The notes under the pieces were generated by a model, which saw nothing but the letters and a program-made list of their open reading frames with translations, searched no databases and was not told the origin of the DNA. A program made the translations under genes and the position numbers. 64,000 nt of DNA from a virus (taxonomy: Duplodnaviria > Heunggongvirae > Uroviricota > Caudoviricetes). Where the stretch lies: positions 58,537-122,536 of IMG/VR virus record IMGVR_UViG_3300001199_000003; one strand, given 5' to 3'. This document shows, in pieces, positions 29,551 through 39,016 of the stretch (position 1 is the stretch's first letter; each line of letters starts with the position of its first letter).

Positions 29551-30738
29551 ATGAAAGAGATACTTGAGAATATCTCGAAACATAAACAAAACAGGAGAAC
29601 GAAAATGAGTCGAGTCAAGTCCGGTTTCACCGCCAAAAAGTATTTCAAACTAAAAGATGGTCCAAGTACCTTCCGCATTCTTCCTCCAATGGAAGAAATG
29701 GGTAACAAAGGTAAAGGTAAGGACTGGTCTAAGTTTTACAAAGTCCACTACGGATATAAGAACACCGATGGTAAACTTCGCGTGTTCCAATCGTCTTTGG
29801 TCGAGAACCGTAAGACAAAAATGATCGAAGTTCCAGATGCAGCTGTTCAGCGCATCAAAGATCTTAAAGCAAAATTGGAAGAAGCTAAAGAAGCAAAAAA
29901 CTCAGCTGTAGTTGAAAAACTCGGCAAGCTTGTTTCTGGCCAAAAGCCTATGTATAACCTTGATGGAAACCACTACGTTAACGCTATCGACTCTCAAGGC
30001 AATATCGGAGTTCTTAAACTTCGTCACCGTGCCATGAAAGCTTTAGAAGATGAGATTAAGAAACTTGAAAAGAAAGGGATTGATCCTCTTTCTCTGACTA
30101 ACGGCCGTGAATTTGTATTCACACGTTCTGGTACTGGCCTTGATACGTCTTTCAAAGTTGACGTTAATCAAGAAGAACTAACAATTGAGGGTGTTGGTAA
30201 GGTTAACCGTGATAAAATCAGTAACTTATCTGAGGATCTAATCGCCCGTACAGAAAACGAGTGTGCTGATCTTAGTAAGCTTTTTAAAGCCGTATCTTCT
30301 GAAGATATCGAGCGCATTGTTAAGTCTTCAGATCTTCTTACTGGTATCAGCCCAGTTATCGACGAATTGTTCGATGCTAAAGGTGATACTAATGACGGCG
30401 GAGAAGGCGATGATGAAGGCGGATCTGACGACAGTTCTGGAGATAAAACAGCCGAACAAGCAGCTGCCGCAGAAGCTAAAGCTAAGGCTGATTACGAAGC
30501 AGCAAAAGCTCGTGATGCTAAAGCCGCCGCAGATGCTAAAGCAGCTGCTGACCTGAAAGCTAAGGCTGAAGCTGACGCTAAAGCCAAAGTAGAAGAAGTG
30601 AAAGCTGAAGCTGCTAAAAACGAAACCGCAAAAACTGAAACTACATCTCGAACTAGTACGTCTTCTTCTAGCGGAACTACCGCAGAAGCAGTATCGGACA
30701 TGTCAGATGCAGATTTCCTTAAGTCTCTAGGTCTTTAA
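29551..30738 (+). CDS. gp32-like single-stranded DNA-binding protein with Ala/Lys-repeat tail
   Basis: N-terminal TAKKYFKLKDG...FRILPP...KVHYGYKNTDGK resembles T4 gp32 (IRFLPS...VNHGFKKNGKWY). Acidic DDEGGSDD segment followed by AKA repeats. Confidence 0.4.
   Translation: MKEILENISKHKQNRRTKMSRVKSGFTAKKYFKLKDGPSTFRILPPMEEMGNKGKGKDWSKFYKVHYGYKNTDGKLRVFQSSLVENRKTKMIEVPDAAVQRIKDLKAKLEEAKEAKNSAVVEKLGKLVSGQKPMYNLDGNHYVNAIDSQGNIGVLKLRHRAMKALEDEIKKLEKKGIDPLSLTNGREFVFTRSGTGLDTSFKVDVNQEELTIEGVGKVNRDKISNLSEDLIARTENECADLSKLFKAVSSEDIERIVKSSDLLTGISPVIDELFDAKGDTNDGGEGDDEGGSDDSSGDKTAEQAAAAEAKAKADYEAAKARDAKAAADAKAAADLKAKAEADAKAKVEEVKAEAAKNETAKTETTSRTSTSSSSGTTAEAVSDMSDADFLKSLGL
30455..30625 (+). repeat. GCT-AAA-GCN periodic low-complexity repeat (encodes the AKA tail)
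   Basis: Repeated gctaaagc / gctgaagc units inside 29551..30738. Confidence 0.5.
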
Positions 30739-30748
30739 GAGGTAGAGA

Positions 30749-31282
30749 ATGAGCGATCAACAAACAGATTCATCTTTAATGGTCCTTCCCGCTTTCGGGA
30801 AGGCACCAGTCCTAAAGATGGAAATGGCAAACGTCAGAACAGCAGAAAGAAGACTTATTGAAGCTAAAACTGTGAATCCGATGACTTATGCGGATTTGGA
30901 GCATACCTTCAATGAGGCTTATCGTGATCTTAAGAAGCACCTTGCTTCTATTGGGTACGCTCTGACACTCGCTCAAAAATCTCTCGAAGATGCTAAAGCA
31001 GACGTGATTCTAGGTTCCTATGCTGAGATAATGAAAGATAAGCCGAAATCTTACGATACTTTAGATATGCGTAACGCCTATCTGACTCGCGATGAGGCTT
31101 ACTCAGCTGCCCTCGATAGGATTGGCCAGCTTAAGGCGATAGAATCAAATCTGGATGGCAAGATAAAAGTTATGGAGAACGTGTGTCGATACATGCGAAA
31201 GCAGATGGATCTACTTCTCCGTAGTGGAATGTCGAGCAAAGATTATTACGTAACAATAGATAACACAAAAAAACGAGTTTAA
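30749..31282 (+). CDS. hypothetical protein
   Basis: Track ORF. Confidence 0.5.
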   Translation: MSDQQTDSSLMVLPAFGKAPVLKMEMANVRTAERRLIEAKTVNPMTYADLEHTFNEAYRDLKKHLASIGYALTLAQKSLEDAKADVILGSYAEIMKDKPKSYDTLDMRNAYLTRDEAYSAALDRIGQLKAIESNLDGKIKVMENVCRYMRKQMDLLLRSGMSSKDYYVTIDNTKKRV

Positions 31283-31297
31283 CTTAAGGAGTTAAAA

Positions 31298-32722
31298 ATG
31301 GATTTAATGACACTTGGTATTGTGGCAGGCGGAATTCTAGGCCTAGCCGGTATCGCTTTCCTAGTAGCAGTCAGTTTACGTCGAGTCGTTCCTACGAACG
31401 AAGTTCACATTGTTCAGTCTGCAGCAAGCACTACGTCTTACGGTAAGGGAACTGGTCACGGTAACTCTTACTTTGAATGGCCTACTTCTATCCCTTTCCT
31501 GGGCGTAAGTAAGACAGTCATGCCTACATCTAACTTCGACGTAGATCTTAAAGCGTATGAAGCTTACGATGACGGTCGTCTCCCTTTCCTGGTAGATATT
31601 AAAGCATTCTTTAGAATTGCTGACTCAAACGAAGCTGCTCAAAAAGTTGCTAACTTTGATGAACTTCTTAATCAGTTAACTGCCATTGTTCAAGGTGCTG
31701 TACGTACTGTTTTGGCTTCAAACTCGATTGAAGAAATTATGCAAGGCCGCTCTAAGTTCGGTACTGAGTTCACTAAAGAAGTTCACGAACAGCTTAAAAA
31801 CTGGGGTGTTGAAACTGTTAAGAATATCGAACTTATGGATATTCGCGATGCTAAGGATTCTAAAGTAATCCACAACATCATGGAAAAGAAAAAGTCTCAA
31901 ATTGAATCTGAATCTCGCGTAGCTGTAGCGAATAACCACAGAGATGCTGAGCTTGCAGAAATCGCGGCTCGTCAGCAAACTGATCTTAAAGCTCAAGAAG
32001 CTCAAGAAGCAGTTGGTCTTCGTACTAACGAACAAGAAAAAGCCGTAGAGATTGCTAAACAAGAGAAAATTCAAGCTCTTAAAGAGCAAGAAAAGACGAC
32101 TAAAGAAAAAGAAATGGCCGTTATTAAGATTGGTAAGCTTCGTGAAGCAGAGATTGCTAAAGAAGTTGCCCTTGTTAAGTCTGAACAGGATAAACAAGTT
32201 GCTTTGATTCGCTCTGAGCAAGAGAAGCAAGTTGCGGTTATCGCTGCAGAAGGTGAAAAACAAAGAATTGAGCTTGAGTCTTCTGGTCAGTTGAAAGCTA
32301 CCCAAAACCAAGCTGAAGGTATCGCCGCTACTGGTAAAGCAAATGCTGAAGCTGAACAAGCTATCCTTGCTGCTCCAGTTAATGCCCAGATTCTTTTGGC
32401 CAAAGAGATCGGTGGAAACGAGTCGTACCAGAAGTACCTCATCACTATCGAGCAAGTTAAAGCTAACGCTCAAGTCGGTATGGAACAAGCTAAGGCTCTC
32501 CAAGCTGCTGACGTTAAAATTATCTCAAACTCTGGTAAGTCAACTGACGGCCTTAAGAGCGTAATGGATGTCTTCTCTTCCCAAGGTGGAGTAGAAATCG
32601 GTGCGATGCTTGAAGGTCTAGCTGCTACTGAGAAAGGTCAAGAGTTGATTGGTAAGTTTTTAGGTGGAAAGAAAACAGCAGCTGCTGATAAAAGCCCACT
32701 AAGTGACTCAGCTAAATCGTAA
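31298..32722 (+). CDS. SPFH/band-7 (flotillin-like) membrane protein
   Basis: N-terminal transmembrane helix, SPFH-like core, then a long Glu/Ala/Lys coiled-coil repeat region as in flotillins. Confidence 0.6.
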   Translation: MDLMTLGIVAGGILGLAGIAFLVAVSLRRVVPTNEVHIVQSAASTTSYGKGTGHGNSYFEWPTSIPFLGVSKTVMPTSNFDVDLKAYEAYDDGRLPFLVDIKAFFRIADSNEAAQKVANFDELLNQLTAIVQGAVRTVLASNSIEEIMQGRSKFGTEFTKEVHEQLKNWGVETVKNIELMDIRDAKDSKVIHNIMEKKKSQIESESRVAVANNHRDAELAEIAARQQTDLKAQEAQEAVGLRTNEQEKAVEIAKQEKIQALKEQEKTTKEKEMAVIKIGKLREAEIAKEVALVKSEQDKQVALIRSEQEKQVAVIAAEGEKQRIELESSGQLKATQNQAEGIAATGKANAEAEQAILAAPVNAQILLAKEIGGNESYQKYLITIEQVKANAQVGMEQAKALQAADVKIISNSGKSTDGLKSVMDVFSSQGGVEIGAMLEGLAATEKGQELIGKFLGGKKTAAADKSPLSDSAKS

Positions 32723-32739
32723 TCAGTTAGGAGTATCAA

Positions 32740-33825
32740 ATGGCTAAGCAAAAAGAAGAAACCGCAGAGAAACCAAAATCTGCGGGCAATAAATGGCTGA
32801 AACAGCTCAGAGCCTATGATGACACGGTCAATCCAGACTATGACTCATACGCACCTGAAAACTGTCTCTACACGCCAAGTCCTTACTTTAACTGGATCTT
32901 CGCAAACAAATCGAACGGCATTCCTAGGAATGCCTCGATTTTGCTCTACTCTGAGCAGAAGGCTGGTAAATCGTTAGGGATCTACTCGATGGTTTTAGAT
33001 ATGCAACGTCGAGACCCTGAAGGGATCGCGATCATTTTCAACACCGAGCTTCGTGGGCAACTACAAGGCGGAGTGTTTCCTGAGATTGATCAGGAAAGAA
33101 TGATCATCTACGATACTAACCTACCGGCAGAGATCTTCGACCGAGTCGAAAACGATATCAAAGCTATGGTTCAAGACGGAATGCCGTTGCGAATCCTGGC
33201 TGTGGATTCTATCTCTAACATCCAGGGTGTTAAGCGTGCAAACGCTGAGTCAGCTACGGATCACTTAGTAGGAGATCACGCCTTGACAGTTCAGATCGGG
33301 CTTTCAAAGCTAGTTCCGTTCTGTAAGCAGAACAAGATCATGCTCATCGGTACTTCACAGTTACGCGGTAACTTGGACGCTGGTAAGTATGGGCCAAAAG
33401 AGAAGATGGAAGCTTCATGGGCTGTAAAACATGCCTTTGAATATTTCGTTTCTTTCAAACGTGCCGGTGCTGCAGAAGACAAAGCGGATATCGAAGGTAA
33501 GACCTTTGAAGACGACGTTAAAGATGCACGCGATAATAAGCTTTTGACTGGACATAAGATTTTCGTGAAAATGGAAGCCTCATCTCTTGGCCCACAAGGA
33601 CGCTCAGGTGTCTTTACAATGGACTACGATAAGGGGATTATCAATCAACACGAAGAGATCTTTTTCCTGGCAAAATCCTTAGGTATCATTACTACGCCAA
33701 ACAATCGTACTTATTACTTCGGTGATAGGACTTTTAACGGCAAAAAAGAAGCAGCACTTGCTATCAGAGATGATAAGAAGCTCGCTGAAGATCTTTTAGC
33801 TGCTATCAAGAAAACAGACGAATAG
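32740..33825 (+). CDS. UvsX/RecA-like recombinase
   Basis: P-loop-like YSEQKAGKSLG, a second block ILAVDSISNIQG, and overall arrangement like T4 UvsX. Confidence 0.5.
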   Translation: MAKQKEETAEKPKSAGNKWLKQLRAYDDTVNPDYDSYAPENCLYTPSPYFNWIFANKSNGIPRNASILLYSEQKAGKSLGIYSMVLDMQRRDPEGIAIIFNTELRGQLQGGVFPEIDQERMIIYDTNLPAEIFDRVENDIKAMVQDGMPLRILAVDSISNIQGVKRANAESATDHLVGDHALTVQIGLSKLVPFCKQNKIMLIGTSQLRGNLDAGKYGPKEKMEASWAVKHAFEYFVSFKRAGAAEDKADIEGKTFEDDVKDARDNKLLTGHKIFVKMEASSLGPQGRSGVFTMDYDKGIINQHEEIFFLAKSLGIITTPNNRTYYFGDRTFNGKKEAALAIRDDKKLAEDLLAAIKKTDE

Positions 33826-33894
33826 TGGGAACGCTGCAGCGAACCTGCGAGGGATGACCGTCAAAATACGGCCGTGAGAGTCGGTTTAAAGAGC

Positions 33895-33916
33895 GCGGGG
33901 AGCATTCACTCCCCGC
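33895..33916 (+). terminator. GC-rich hairpin after the recombinase gene
   Basis: GCGGGGAG-CATTCA-CTCCCCGC with a short T tract 10 nt downstream. Confidence 0.35.
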
Positions 33917-33926
33917 CCATTCCGTC

Positions 33927-33966
33927 TTTTACGATACTTATCTGTATGCTGAAAACTATCGTAAAA
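33927..33966. promoter_or_regulatory. perfect 10-bp inverted repeat TTTTACGATA / TATCGTAAAA with a 20-nt spacer
   Basis: Upstream of the gene at 33987. Confidence 0.35.
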
Positions 33967-33986
33967 TCGACATTATTAAGGAATAT

Positions 33987-35012
33987 ATGGAAGAGACAGC
34001 TCCAGTTGAGACATTTATAGAGCTAGAACAGGACGTGGCGTTAGACCTAGGTATGTATCCAGAATTGCCACCAAAAATTAAGAAGATTCATTCAAAAGAT
34101 GAGTTTGAACTATGTTACTTAAGACATCAATATCTTAGACGTGTAACTTCTGAAGTCACCGCTACCGATATGGCCCCTTATATTAAAATTGTATCGCACC
34201 AGGCTAAGAAGACATTTTATGCTTACCGGAACCTATTTAAGTTAGTAGGGTTTGAATGTGACGACGTAATAAACATAGCTAAAGCCCATCTCATTTCATT
34301 CCTTGGCCTCTATAAGCTCGATAAAGTGCCTAAAAAGTACCAAGAGTTTCTATTAGCCCATACTAAAAAATACCTTAAAGAAGCTGGTCCAGCCGATGTG
34401 GACAACAAAGACCGCGCTAATCTAACGATGTTCATGAAACAACGTATGGAAGACGTAGTGAGGGTTTGCCGTCAGAAGGCTCGTAACATCAAGGGTATGC
34501 CGGTAGAGGAATATTACGCCTTTTATGGGCCAAAAAAGCCGCCTAGAAATGCTTATAAACTTTTGAAAGACCATGAAAGATATGGATTCCGAAAGCTAGA
34601 TACAGCATCTTTTAAATCAATCAAAAAACGCTCTAAGAGAGCCCTTAATTTAATCAAAAATAAAGGCAATCGACGTAAGCCTAATCATAATGCGGATAAA
34701 CCAGAGTCATTCTTATTTGCTGGATACTGGTATGTCGCAGTGCCATTAGAAAAAAGATCTCTAGAGCTAGAAGATTTAACTGGCGCTGGAATAGATCCTC
34801 ATGATAATATCCATAATAGAAATCCAGAAGAATTGCTTTTGGACAAATTTAATGAAGAAGAATTCGAGCATAAGAAGGCTGAATTTAAAGCTTCTTCACC
34901 TAAAAGGCAAGAAGATCGAGTGAGACATTTCATCAATAAACATAAGGGAAATCCAATGTTTAGAGAAGAAATCATGCTTGCTAAGAAATTTTTGAGTGAT
35001 TTGAGGAAATAA
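33987..35012 (+). CDS. basic protein, possibly a divergent sigma-like factor
   Basis: IKIVSHQAKKTFYAYRNLF...ECDDVINIAKAHLISFLGLY resembles sigma region 2.1-2.2 weakly. C-terminus is basic. Confidence 0.4.
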   Translation: MEETAPVETFIELEQDVALDLGMYPELPPKIKKIHSKDEFELCYLRHQYLRRVTSEVTATDMAPYIKIVSHQAKKTFYAYRNLFKLVGFECDDVINIAKAHLISFLGLYKLDKVPKKYQEFLLAHTKKYLKEAGPADVDNKDRANLTMFMKQRMEDVVRVCRQKARNIKGMPVEEYYAFYGPKKPPRNAYKLLKDHERYGFRKLDTASFKSIKKRSKRALNLIKNKGNRRKPNHNADKPESFLFAGYWYVAVPLEKRSLELEDLTGAGIDPHDNIHNRNPEELLLDKFNEEEFEHKKAEFKASSPKRQEDRVRHFINKHKGNPMFREEIMLAKKFLSDLRK

Positions 35013-35533
35013 TGGGCCAAATTACTGAATCACAACTTGCAAAAGAGATAGCTAGCTTGAAAGAGCTACTAGGCGATGTTAGAAATAGCCGCCGCGTTAT
35101 CCCTATTGATAGTGGGATTCGGCAAGACATATTCAAAACACTAATCGAAACCTTGAAAGTTCGATACGATTTAGAAGAAGACGATTTTGATGGGCCGATC
35201 TTTCTCAGGCTTATCTTGGAAACATCTGTCAACCCAAATTCTGAACGAAAAGAAGGGTGGAAACGAGCTGTTACTGACGACTGGAGACGAGCCCTGGCTA
35301 GTAAGTTCCCACGCGAGCTTATTATGCACGATCCGTCTACTGAAACTAAAGTAGAACGCAAGACTACAGATCGCCAGGAAACTACTTATTCTAAAACAGA
35401 GTACGTTAATGAAGATCCGCGTCTGCAAAATGAGAATCCGATTGACCGTTCTATATTTGAAGGTCTTCCTCCAGTAGTTAGAATCGTAGACGAAGAATTC
35501 GAGAAGCTACTAGAAGGCAAGAAAGATGAGTGA
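35012..35533 (+). CDS. hypothetical protein
   Basis: Track ORF. Start overlaps the upstream stop. Confidence 0.5.
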   Translation: MGQITESQLAKEIASLKELLGDVRNSRRVIPIDSGIRQDIFKTLIETLKVRYDLEEDDFDGPIFLRLILETSVNPNSERKEGWKRAVTDDWRRALASKFPRELIMHDPSTETKVERKTTDRQETTYSKTEYVNEDPRLQNENPIDRSIFEGLPPVVRIVDEEFEKLLEGKKDE

Positions 35534-36668
35534 TAAAAAAGAAGCCTTCGACAAAGAAATGGAACTAGAAAAGCGAAAAGCAGAGACCGCCGCTAAGAAA
35601 GTTCTACTCGAAGCTAGTTATGTAGACGCAAAATTAGAGCAAATGTTGCAGAACGAGCGCGATGCCGCTAAAACTGCCACGACTAATTTTGGTATCATGT
35701 CACCTGATCAAATCATACAGATTCAAAAAAACAACGATGAATATATGGAGGCTGCGAAGCACGCTATGGAATTTATAAACCCAGTATTTAATGGTATTGT
35801 ACCGTTCTTTCGCAAGAACTTCATTTTAATTGGCGCTCGTACCGGTGAGGGTAAATCTACAGCCGTTGCGAATATTGCATACACAACTCTTAAGGAAATC
35901 AATCCTTCTACAGGTAAGACTAGACGAGTTCTGGTCTTGACAAATGAGGAGCGCGCAGAAGACTTTTATAACCGAGTCACTTGCTTAGCGCGTGGATGGC
36001 ACTATACTAATCATAGTAAATTCACACAATTACAGAAAGATACTTTCCGTGAAATGATCCCTATTTTGGCCAAAAGACTGACTGTGGTGGATAATAATCA
36101 CAATGGTTCCCACGGGGTCACGACTACTATTGAGGGTTTCTGTACCATATTCGATAGCTTAATCGCGAGCAAAGAATATTATGACGTGGTTCTCATTGAC
36201 TACTATCAAAACTACACTTCATCTCAGAAATATCCCAATTTGTCTGAAAACGATGTTCAGGCTCGCTTGTCCCGCGTGATTGATAAGTATAAGAACGAAT
36301 ACCCTGCCCCAATCGTCATGTTCGCCCAAATTACACCTCCAGACAAAGATGATAAGATACCGTTCCAGCTTCGTATCAAAGGCCGTAAGATCATTATGGA
36401 CCCTACGACGTGTGCTATTGAGATGGTTCGTAACACTAAAGAACTTTATACTCTATGGAGAATCCATAAATCGCGTTTCACAGAAGCTATCGGACAAGAC
36501 TTCAAGACTGGCTACGACAAGGGTAAATTCGTAATATACGACACCGCCTTTGCTGAGAAAGTTCAGAAGATGGCTTACGAGAAAGAAGCAAGACGAATTG
36601 AAAGTAAAATAGAAACGAAAGAAGAACAAAAGGAATCCAATGATACAGACCAAAAGCCAAGCGTTTAA
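35526..36668 (+). CDS. DnaB-like replicative helicase (RecA-fold C-terminal domain)
   Basis: Walker A ILIGARTGEGKSTAVANIAY and Walker B VVLIDYYQNY, typical of the DnaB/gp4 helicase ATPase domain. Confidence 0.5.
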   Translation: MSDKKEAFDKEMELEKRKAETAAKKVLLEASYVDAKLEQMLQNERDAAKTATTNFGIMSPDQIIQIQKNNDEYMEAAKHAMEFINPVFNGIVPFFRKNFILIGARTGEGKSTAVANIAYTTLKEINPSTGKTRRVLVLTNEERAEDFYNRVTCLARGWHYTNHSKFTQLQKDTFREMIPILAKRLTVVDNNHNGSHGVTTTIEGFCTIFDSLIASKEYYDVVLIDYYQNYTSSQKYPNLSENDVQARLSRVIDKYKNEYPAPIVMFAQITPPDKDDKIPFQLRIKGRKIIMDPTTCAIEMVRNTKELYTLWRIHKSRFTEAIGQDFKTGYDKGKFVIYDTAFAEKVQKMAYEKEARRIESKIETKEEQKESNDTDQKPSV

Positions 36669-36921
36669 AGAACTAATGGATCTGTTTAGCAATGTGCTGT
36701 CCAATGCTGGATGTAATGATTTCGTGGTTGAAAACAACCCTGAGATGTACGCCCTACTGGAACAGGCTGCTGCAGATAACCTGGGCCTTTCATTAGAGGG
36801 ATTCCGTGCGAGCCCCGATTATGAAGACTATAAGCCAAGTATCAGCTCGGATGGTACTAAGATCTACACCTCTGACTATACTATTTTGGCCATAATTCGT
36901 AAGGAAATAGGTGGAATATGA
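36640..36921 (+). CDS. hypothetical protein
   Basis: Track ORF. Confidence 0.4.
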   Translation: MIQTKSQAFKELMDLFSNVLSNAGCNDFVVENNPEMYALLEQAAADNLGLSLEGFRASPDYEDYKPSISSDGTKIYTSDYTILAIIRKEIGGI

Positions 36922-37235
36922 GCGAAGAAACTATCGTAAAACAAATTGAAGTAATGAGAATCACGTTGGAACCAGGAGATGTTCTGATTTCAACTATTAA
37001 ATCTGAATACCTAGATGGCGAATCTATGCGAGCATTAGGTGAGCAGCTGCGTCAAATGTTTCCAAACAACAAAGTTGTAGTTATGGGATGCGAACCTGAA
37101 GGTGACATCAAATTTGTTGTTGCAAAAGATGCGAGTTTGAGCGATACTAAGGTCGGATGCGGAACAACTCCGAACAATTTCTGTTCAGACTGTTCTTGCG
37201 GTAAAAAAGAAGCTTACGAACAAGGGAAAGGATAA
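36918..37235 (+). CDS. hypothetical Cys-rich protein
   Basis: CGTTPNNFCSDCSCG cluster. Confidence 0.4.
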   Translation: MSEETIVKQIEVMRITLEPGDVLISTIKSEYLDGESMRALGEQLRQMFPNNKVVVMGCEPEGDIKFVVAKDASLSDTKVGCGTTPNNFCSDCSCGKKEAYEQGKG

Positions 37236-37489
37236 TGAAATTACTTCAGTTAACAGATTTCTTTACAGGAACAGCAAAAGAATACGTCAATATTGACGAT
37301 ATTTCTATGATTCAGCCGAACGCAAAACGTGTAGGTTTCTTTAGACGTAAAATTGTAGTAGAAGGATCTCGTGTTTTTACTAGATCTAGCCGAGAAGCTA
37401 CTTACGTAAAAGAAACACCAGAACAAATTGCAGAACTTATTAAAAATAACAAGCTTGGAATTTCCCAAGATGGAATCTCACAGGAGTAG
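37235..37489 (+). CDS. hypothetical protein
   Basis: Track ORF. Confidence 0.4.
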   Translation: MKLLQLTDFFTGTAKEYVNIDDISMIQPNAKRVGFFRRKIVVEGSRVFTRSSREATYVKETPEQIAELIKNNKLGISQDGISQE

Positions 37490-37491
37490 AT

Positions 37492-37887
37492 ATGAGCCTT
37501 AACAACGACGCAACTAGAGAACAACGTGATCAAATGAAAGCTCTATCTATGGAGATTTTCGGAGCCTCTTCTAAGTGGCAGAAACTCTATAAGTTTGACG
37601 AAACTCTAACTGAGATGGTAACTGAAACCATTCCAGGAGTAGATGGCGCTGAAGATACCACGAAAGAAGTCAAGGTTCCTCTATATGTGCCAGGAACTAA
37701 AGTTAAACAAATCAAACGCCAGTACCGTTCAACTCAAGAAGTATTAGAGCTTCTTTTGATGTTCAAAGCTAAGCGTGACGAATACATTGCAAATATGAAG
37801 AAAATGCAACAGGAAGCTTTGGCCAAACGATTGGCTGACGAAAAAGCTAAGAAACTCCAAGAAGAACTTGGCGGATCAGCACTTTAG
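37492..37887 (+). CDS. hypothetical protein
   Basis: Track ORF. Confidence 0.45.
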   Translation: MSLNNDATREQRDQMKALSMEIFGASSKWQKLYKFDETLTEMVTETIPGVDGAEDTTKEVKVPLYVPGTKVKQIKRQYRSTQEVLELLLMFKAKRDEYIANMKKMQQEALAKRLADEKAKKLQEELGGSAL

Positions 37888-37893
37888 GACAAA

Positions 37894-38763
37894 ATGGACA
37901 AGACCGGACAGGAACTTCTAAATTTGATGTTCAGGCCGGGTGAGACAGTATGTGTAAGCCATAACAAATATGGGTATCACTCGATCCCGCTTGAGAACGC
38001 TCTCAACGGGATCGCCACTTTAGTCTCGCCCAATCCTGACAGGGAATTCGAGAAAGTCGAAACAGATCGACTTACGCTCGTTGCGCTCAATCCGATCAAA
38101 GGATGGCGTGAGGATTTGAACTGTACCGCATTTCGTAACTTTCTAATTGAAATGGACTATGGGCCCCTGAATGAACAGCTAGCTTATGCTGATAAGATCG
38201 GACTCCCTTATAGCGCTGTAGTGTTTTCTGGTAATAAATCGCTTCACTTTCTCATAAGCTTGGAGCAAGATCTACCTAACGAAGAGGTTTGGCGTGTAAT
38301 GGCGGAGTGGACCTTAGCCATCGCTACTGCTGCCGATCAGAATACGAAGAACCCATCAAGACAGATCCGTATTCCAGGGGCTTTTAGGGAACCTGGAAAG
38401 AAACAGTTAATAGTTAAAAATAACGGCGCTACTAAGCTGGCAGATTTTGCTGCCTGGTTAGCTAAGCACCCTGACGCTAAGCCGAGACCTCCTGAAAAAC
38501 GCGAGATCTCAGGCGAAGCAGACTTCTCAAAGCTCAAACCTTGGGTTAAACAGAGATTGGCCAAAGGTGTAGTGGGGTTTAAGAGTGGTCGTAATAAAGA
38601 ATGGTTCGCAGTAGCTTGCGAATTTGCTTTGGCTGGATATTCTGAGGATGAGGCTACTGAGATCCTATCTGGCTACTTTAGCCCTGAACGAGATTTTAAA
38701 GAACGTGAATGGAAGACATCCATAAAAAGTGGATTCAAATATATCTACGCGAGGAAAAATTGA
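37894..38763 (+). CDS. possible primase (AEP/prim-pol-like)
   Basis: IEMDYG (acidic motif I-like) and VFSGNKSLHFLI (SGxxxH motif-like). Follows the DnaB-like helicase gene. Weak. Confidence 0.3.
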   Translation: MDKTGQELLNLMFRPGETVCVSHNKYGYHSIPLENALNGIATLVSPNPDREFEKVETDRLTLVALNPIKGWREDLNCTAFRNFLIEMDYGPLNEQLAYADKIGLPYSAVVFSGNKSLHFLISLEQDLPNEEVWRVMAEWTLAIATAADQNTKNPSRQIRIPGAFREPGKKQLIVKNNGATKLADFAAWLAKHPDAKPRPPEKREISGEADFSKLKPWVKQRLAKGVVGFKSGRNKEWFAVACEFALAGYSEDEATEILSGYFSPERDFKEREWKTSIKSGFKYIYARKN

Positions 38764-38993
38764 TGGAACCTAAATATGTATTATTATTTGATGCAACTAT
38801 GCCAGATACACCGTTTGTCATCAAAGAGCAGTCCATCATGTCTTTGGAAGGCAAGCCGCAACTATTCCAAAAATCAGTATATAGATGCGATACTTACGAA
38901 GCAGGACTTAAATTTCTATCACAGCTAAGCAATGGGCAATACATCACTTTAGCTAGTTCGACAATAACTATTGACAATACTTTTACTGTGTGA
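38763..38993 (+). CDS. hypothetical protein
   Basis: Internal Met (MEPKYVLLFD) whose ATG overlaps the upstream TGA. The track ORF begins further upstream at 38709. Confidence 0.35.
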   Translation: MEPKYVLLFDATMPDTPFVIKEQSIMSLEGKPQLFQKSVYRCDTYEAGLKFLSQLSNGQYITLASSTITIDNTFTV

Positions 38994-39016
38994 GATATTA
39001 AAACACTGAGGGATCT

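Noticed and set aside
30263-30701. ORFs 30263..30556 (+) and 30492..30701 (-)
   Set aside because: Alternative-frame and antisense readings of the GCT-AAA-GCN repeat inside the gp32-like gene.
31718-32503. 261-aa minus-strand ORF
   Set aside because: Antisense to the SPFH gene's coiled-coil repeat. The translation is low-complexity (L/F/S-rich). An artefact of the repetitive coding strand.
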